Assembly: GCF_009914755.1 (NCBI RefSeq)
Contig: NC_060934.1
DNA from: the human T2T-CHM13v2.0 reference genome, Homo sapiens
DNA length: 64,000 bases
Reading direction: 5' to 3' (one strand)
Below are positions 56,684 to 64,000 of this stretch, one piece after another. Position numbers and translations under genes: made by a program. Each line of letters opens with the position of its first letter. Position 1 is the first letter of the stretch. The notes under the pieces are model-generated. The model saw only the letters and a list, made by a program, of their open reading frames with translations. It was not told the origin of the DNA and ran no database searches.

Positions 56684-56755
56684 ATATTGAAGATTTGCCC
56701 CCAACAGTCCAAGAAAAATTATTTGATGAGGTGCTTGATAGAGACGTTCAAAAAG
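56684..56755 (+). CDS. ZRANB1: TRABID coding exon, aa 386-409
   Basis: ttttctttgtag|AT... reads DIEDLPPTVQEKLFDEVLDRDVQK then G|gtaagc. 72 nt, phase 1-1. Confidence 0.95.
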
Positions 56756-57238
56756 GTAAGCATGGAATTAATGAGTATAATTTACCTTTCATCTGATCAA
56801 GTAAGTTTTGTTTAGTAAGGCATGGTGTAGTTTGGTGTGTAGTCAACTTGCTTTATTTTTATTTTAAATTAAAGACGTAAAGTCCTGAAGTTCAGTGTTA
56901 TATTGTATGGTTCACTGTTATAGAGTGAACAAATAAAGATACAAAAATTTTAAAACCTTGGTTCTCCGCTTCCTGTTCCAGAATGTATATATTTCTATAT
57001 GAAACACTTTTTAGAAAATAAAACTGTAAAGAATTTAAAAGTTTATTAAATTATTCTAGAGACAGAAGATGTTTCAAGTACTCAAAAGTTTATATTTCAA
57101 TTGGTCAATTTTATTTAGGTGTTTATTGGTAAATTACATATAAACCATTTTATAGCTAGAAAATAGGTTCTTCTCCCCATGAGTATTCTCTAATGACATA
57201 GGTATGGAAATGAACATGTATTTAAATCCATCGTACAG

Positions 57239-57437
57239 AATTAGAAGAAGAATCTCCAATTATTAACTGGTCCTTGGAATTGGCTACACGTTTGGACAGT
57301 CGACTGTATGCACTTTGGAACCGGACTGCAGGAGACTGCCTACTTGATTCAGTTCTACAAGCTACCTGGGGCATCTATGACAAGGACTCAGTGCTTCGGA
57401 AAGCCCTGCATGACAGCCTGCATGACTGTTCACATTG
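57239..57437 (+). CDS. ZRANB1: TRABID coding exon, aa 410-475: OTU Cys-loop with catalytic Cys443 (TGC at 57337-57339)
   Basis: cgtacag|AA... reads ELEEESPIINWSLELATRLDSRLYALWNRTAGDCLLDSVLQATWGIYDKDSVLRKALHDSLHDCSH then TG|gtgagc. The GDCLL motif is A20/Cezanne-like and cumulative numbering puts the Cys at 443. The CDS continues beyond the window. Confidence 0.97.
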
Positions 57438-57854
57438 GTGAGCTGGCATTCTGCCCTGTTTCAACCCAGGAGTGCATTTGCTGGATTATTTCCTTGTAGT
57501 GGTGGGATACTTTTTATGTCAGTTATATTTTCTATGGAAACTGGAGGAAAAACAGTTCATTTTGGACATTAAAATACTTTGAACACGTCCATGGTTTCTG
57601 TTTTTGTTTTTCCCCCAAGAAATGAGATAAAAGCAAGAATCAATGGTTTTTATACATTTTTTTGCTAAATTTTAAAATAGAAACATTTGAAGCTTTAAAA
57701 TGCAAGCATTTATTGTTTCTATAAGACACAGGCAGTATATTTGAACATTTCAAATGCAGCATTTCAAGTTATATATAGTAGCCTTAAATATTGATAAGGC
57801 CGTTGCTCATCTTTTTAGGGATTGATTGACTGATTGATTGATTGATCCATCGAT

Positions 57855-60771
<2,917 letters not shown>

Positions 60772-61666
60772 GATGGTTTGGTGGAGAAATACAGTCTGAT
60801 GTTGTAAATAGGCTAGATAGGGAGTGGCTACTAGGGTGAGAAGGAACTAGGCTGTTTGTTTACAGCCACTGGCAAGAGTTGTTGCAGCAGAACTTTTAGT
60901 CCATAGTCCTGACTCTTAAAGGATGCTTCAGGAGTGAGCACCTAGGGCTGGCATATGGACAGGTGTCCCAGAACAGCATGGTTTGGCATCACCTCCTCCA
61001 GTCCCTGCCACCGGGGAGCTTTGCCCGATGGTTTACAGTTCAGGCATAGGAAGCTGCATTGATTACAGTGATCACACAGACATCCTTACAGTATTGGGGG
61101 GTGGGTTGGGGTGAAAATTAGTGGTTAGATAGTAAGTGTTGTTGCCATGGATTCGGGAGATCAGATATACTAGCCCTAAGGAATAACCCATACATAGTTC
61201 TTGTGTTGAGTTGCATTAGGTTTGTCCACTGGGCCTGTCATGTGACCAGTAGAGAGTAGAGTGAGCAGCCGTGGGTTTTCTAGGCCAGGAGAGGAGGAGC
61301 CAGCATGTAGCTTGTGTAGTCTCCTTTTAAAGATGCTCTTTGCTGAGGTGCCTTTTGCACTTAATTGAAATCAGCTGGAGTGAGATGTTTTCTTAAGTCA
61401 TATAAGATACATAGTAAGAACTGAGAAAGCAATTTTCTTTTATTTGAACCCCTCCACCCGTCACTTCAAGATAGGCTATTTGTGTTTGTAGCTAGCTGTG
61501 CTGTTCTCTTGGATACCCGTGATTTTAGCTGACTCAGGTTCTCAAGTCTGAATATATTGTACTTGCCTTTCAGTGACATGCCAACCCAATTTCCCACGGG
61601 GCAGGTGGAGGCGTTTAATGTTAATTGGGGAAAAAAATCAATATAAGTCTTTTAGAATTATTCCTT

Positions 61667-63210
61667 TTTTTCTTTTTGGAGACAGGGTCTTGGTCTGTTG
61701 CCTGGACTGGAGTGCAGTGGTGCGATCTTGGCTCACTGTAACCTTATACCTTGTGGGCTCAAGCAATTCTCCCACCTCAGCCTCCCAAGTAGCTGGGACT
61801 ACAGGCACATGCCAACATTCCCAGCTAATTTTTTTTTTTTTTTTTTTGTATTTTTTTGTAGAGACGGGGTTTCGCTATGTTGCCCAGGCTGGTCTCAGAC
61901 TCCCACCTCGGCCTCCTAAAGTGACTGTTTTTGTTATGAAGAATTATCGGCCGGGCCTGGTGGTTCAGGCCAATAATTCCAGCAGCGCCTTGGGAAGCTG
62001 AGGCTGGAGGATTGCTTGAGCTCAGGAGTTCAAGACCAGCCTGGGCAACATAATGAGACCCTGTCTGAAAACAAAGAAAAACACAATGAGATACTACTTC
62101 ACATGCACATAAATGGCCATAACCAAAAAGACAAATGATAACAGTGTTGTTGAGAATTTGAAGAAATTGGAATCTTCATACATTGCTGATAGCAACGAAA
62201 AATGTTCTAGGTCTTGAACTCCTGGGCTCAGGTGATCTTCTAGCCTCAGCCTCCCAGTTAGCTGGGATTGCAGGCACATGGGCTCCTTGTGATTTTGATT
62301 TGCATTTCCCTATTTAATGATGATACTGAGTGTCTTTTCATGTGCTTATTGCTCATTCCTATAGCGTCTTTGGTTTAATATCTTTCCACGTCTTTTGCTC
62401 ATTTTTAAATGGATTGTCTTAATATTGATTTGCAGATGTTGTTTGTATCAGGTCCCTTATTGGATATCTGCTTTGCAGATATTTTTTTCTATTCTGTGGC
62501 TTGTCTTTTCACTTCATTAGCAGTGTCTTTTGAAATCACGAGTCTTTAATTTGATCAAGTTCAGTTTATCAATGTTTTTCTGTTATTGCTCATGCTTTTG
62601 CTGTTGTATCTGAAGAGATTTTTGTCTAGCCCAAGGTCACGAAGATTTACTCCTGTGTTTTCATAGAAGAATTTTATAGTTTTAACTTTTACATTTAGGT
62701 CATTTTTGTTTTACATTTTGAGGTCATTTTTGTTTAAAGTGTGAGATGTCCTAAATTCACCTTTTTGCATGTGGATACCCAGTTGTTTCGGTACCTTTAA
62801 TTGAAAAAAACCCTTTCTACATTCTATTGCCTTGGCAATTTTGTCGAAAATTAGTTGACCATAAAAGTAAGGGTTTGTTTCTGGACTCTTAATATTTTTC
62901 TATTGATTTATTTTTCCACTGGGCTATCGTTATGTCATTACCAGACTGTCTGGATGATCATATCTTTGTAATACATTTTGAAATCTGGACTGTAAGTCAT
63001 TTGACTTTGTATTTCTTTTTCAACATTGTTTTGACTATTTTGAGTCCTTTGGATTTCCATATACATTTTAGGATACAGCTTTATCGATTTTTGTAAAAAA
63101 GACAGCTGGGATTATGATTGGGATTGCATTGAATCTGTAGATTTAATTGGGGTGATGGTGGTATTGCCAGCTTGACAATATTGAGCCTTCCAATCCATGA
63201 ACATGGAATT
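61667..63210. mobile_element. AluJ (-) 61667-61920, FLAM pieces 61949-62081 (+) and 62210-62280 (-), and an old L1 (62082-62207 sense; 62287-63210 antisense)
   Basis: L1 ORF2-end text: tttgatttgcatttccc, gggattgcattgaatctgtagat, ccaatccatgaacatgga. Confidence 0.8.
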
Positions 63211-63829
63211 GAGTTTTGAATGTTAAACCAAACTGGTATTCCTGTACCATTTGGTCATATATTGCTGGATTTGGTTTGCTTGTCTGTTCTTATGGAGACT
63301 CTGGTAGTATCAGAGTTTAGGTCTTGGGGTGGTGAGGATGAACATTTTAACATGTTTAGTTTTAAAGTATATTTCATTGAACCTCCCTTCTTCAGTGGTC
63401 TTTGAAGAGTTTTGAGTGCAATCACCATTGAATTTCTGGCTGGCTTAGCTGTCTTATTTATAAAGTTATTTTAGGCACCAAGAAATTTCTAACTGCATAT
63501 AACTTTCAGTATTGACAATTTCTCTGATATTTCTCCTTGAACTTTCAAAACAATGTATTTCATCACTGTTGCCAAAATTTTCAAGACACATTTATCTTAG
63601 CGATTATAAAAGAATATACATATTTTAATTTTAAAACATTTGGAATTATGATTAAACATCCTCAGTTACGTGGAGTATGAAAAATGTTTTAAACTGAGTT
63701 AAACCTCTGGAACATTATATTTTAATTTCTTTAGGAAATATATTTACTCTCTAAGGAGCCCTTCATTAAATTACTGTAAAGTTACTTGTGACACCACCCA
63801 TTTAACTTTTTTTTTCCCCCCGCAATATA

Positions 63830-63935
63830 GCCGGGGTCTCACTATGTTGGCCAGGTTGTTTTGAATTCTGGACCTCAGGCAATCCTCCTCCTTCAGCTTC
63901 CCAAAGTGCTAGAATTACAGGTGTGAGTTACCACA
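63830..63935 (-). mobile_element. FLAM-like Alu monomer
   Basis: Single antisense left arm; tttaacttt on both sides. Confidence 0.75.
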
Positions 63936-64000
63936 CGTGTTCACGTTTAACTTTAATATGCTGAAACTTTTTAACAACAGGAACAGATTGGTCTTTTGTT

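Overview
Primate, almost certainly human, genomic DNA carrying the 5' two-thirds of ZRANB1 (TRABID), an A20-like OTU deubiquitinase with NZF domains, on the + strand. It opens in a CpG-island promoter with a GC-rich first exon containing (GCC)11 and a splice donor after 345. A probable upstream coding exon (23418-23591) adds a 26-aa N-terminal extension. Five coding exons follow: 25538-26351 (three NZF fingers), 49635-49822, 55004-55157, 56684-56755 and 57239-57437 (catalytic Cys443). They splice in frame to give residues 1-475; the remaining exons lie beyond the window. The introns hold about 60-65 Alu/FLAM/FAM pieces plus L1, L2, MaLR LTRs and Tigger/Charlie DNA transposons, which explain nearly all other ORFs in the track. 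The most interesting signal is at the AUG exon 25501-26351. It has competing splice acceptors that turn the upstream AUG into either an extension or a uORF, and a dense uORF cluster. It is also bracketed by inverted Alus; if back-spliced, the circle would encode a 348-aa NZF-only protein with a new 77-aa tail. Other leads are candidate poison/cassette exons, an Alu-mediated tandem duplication and a small inversion. Repeat subfamily names come from recalled consensus sequences, boundaries are approximate, and no searches were run.
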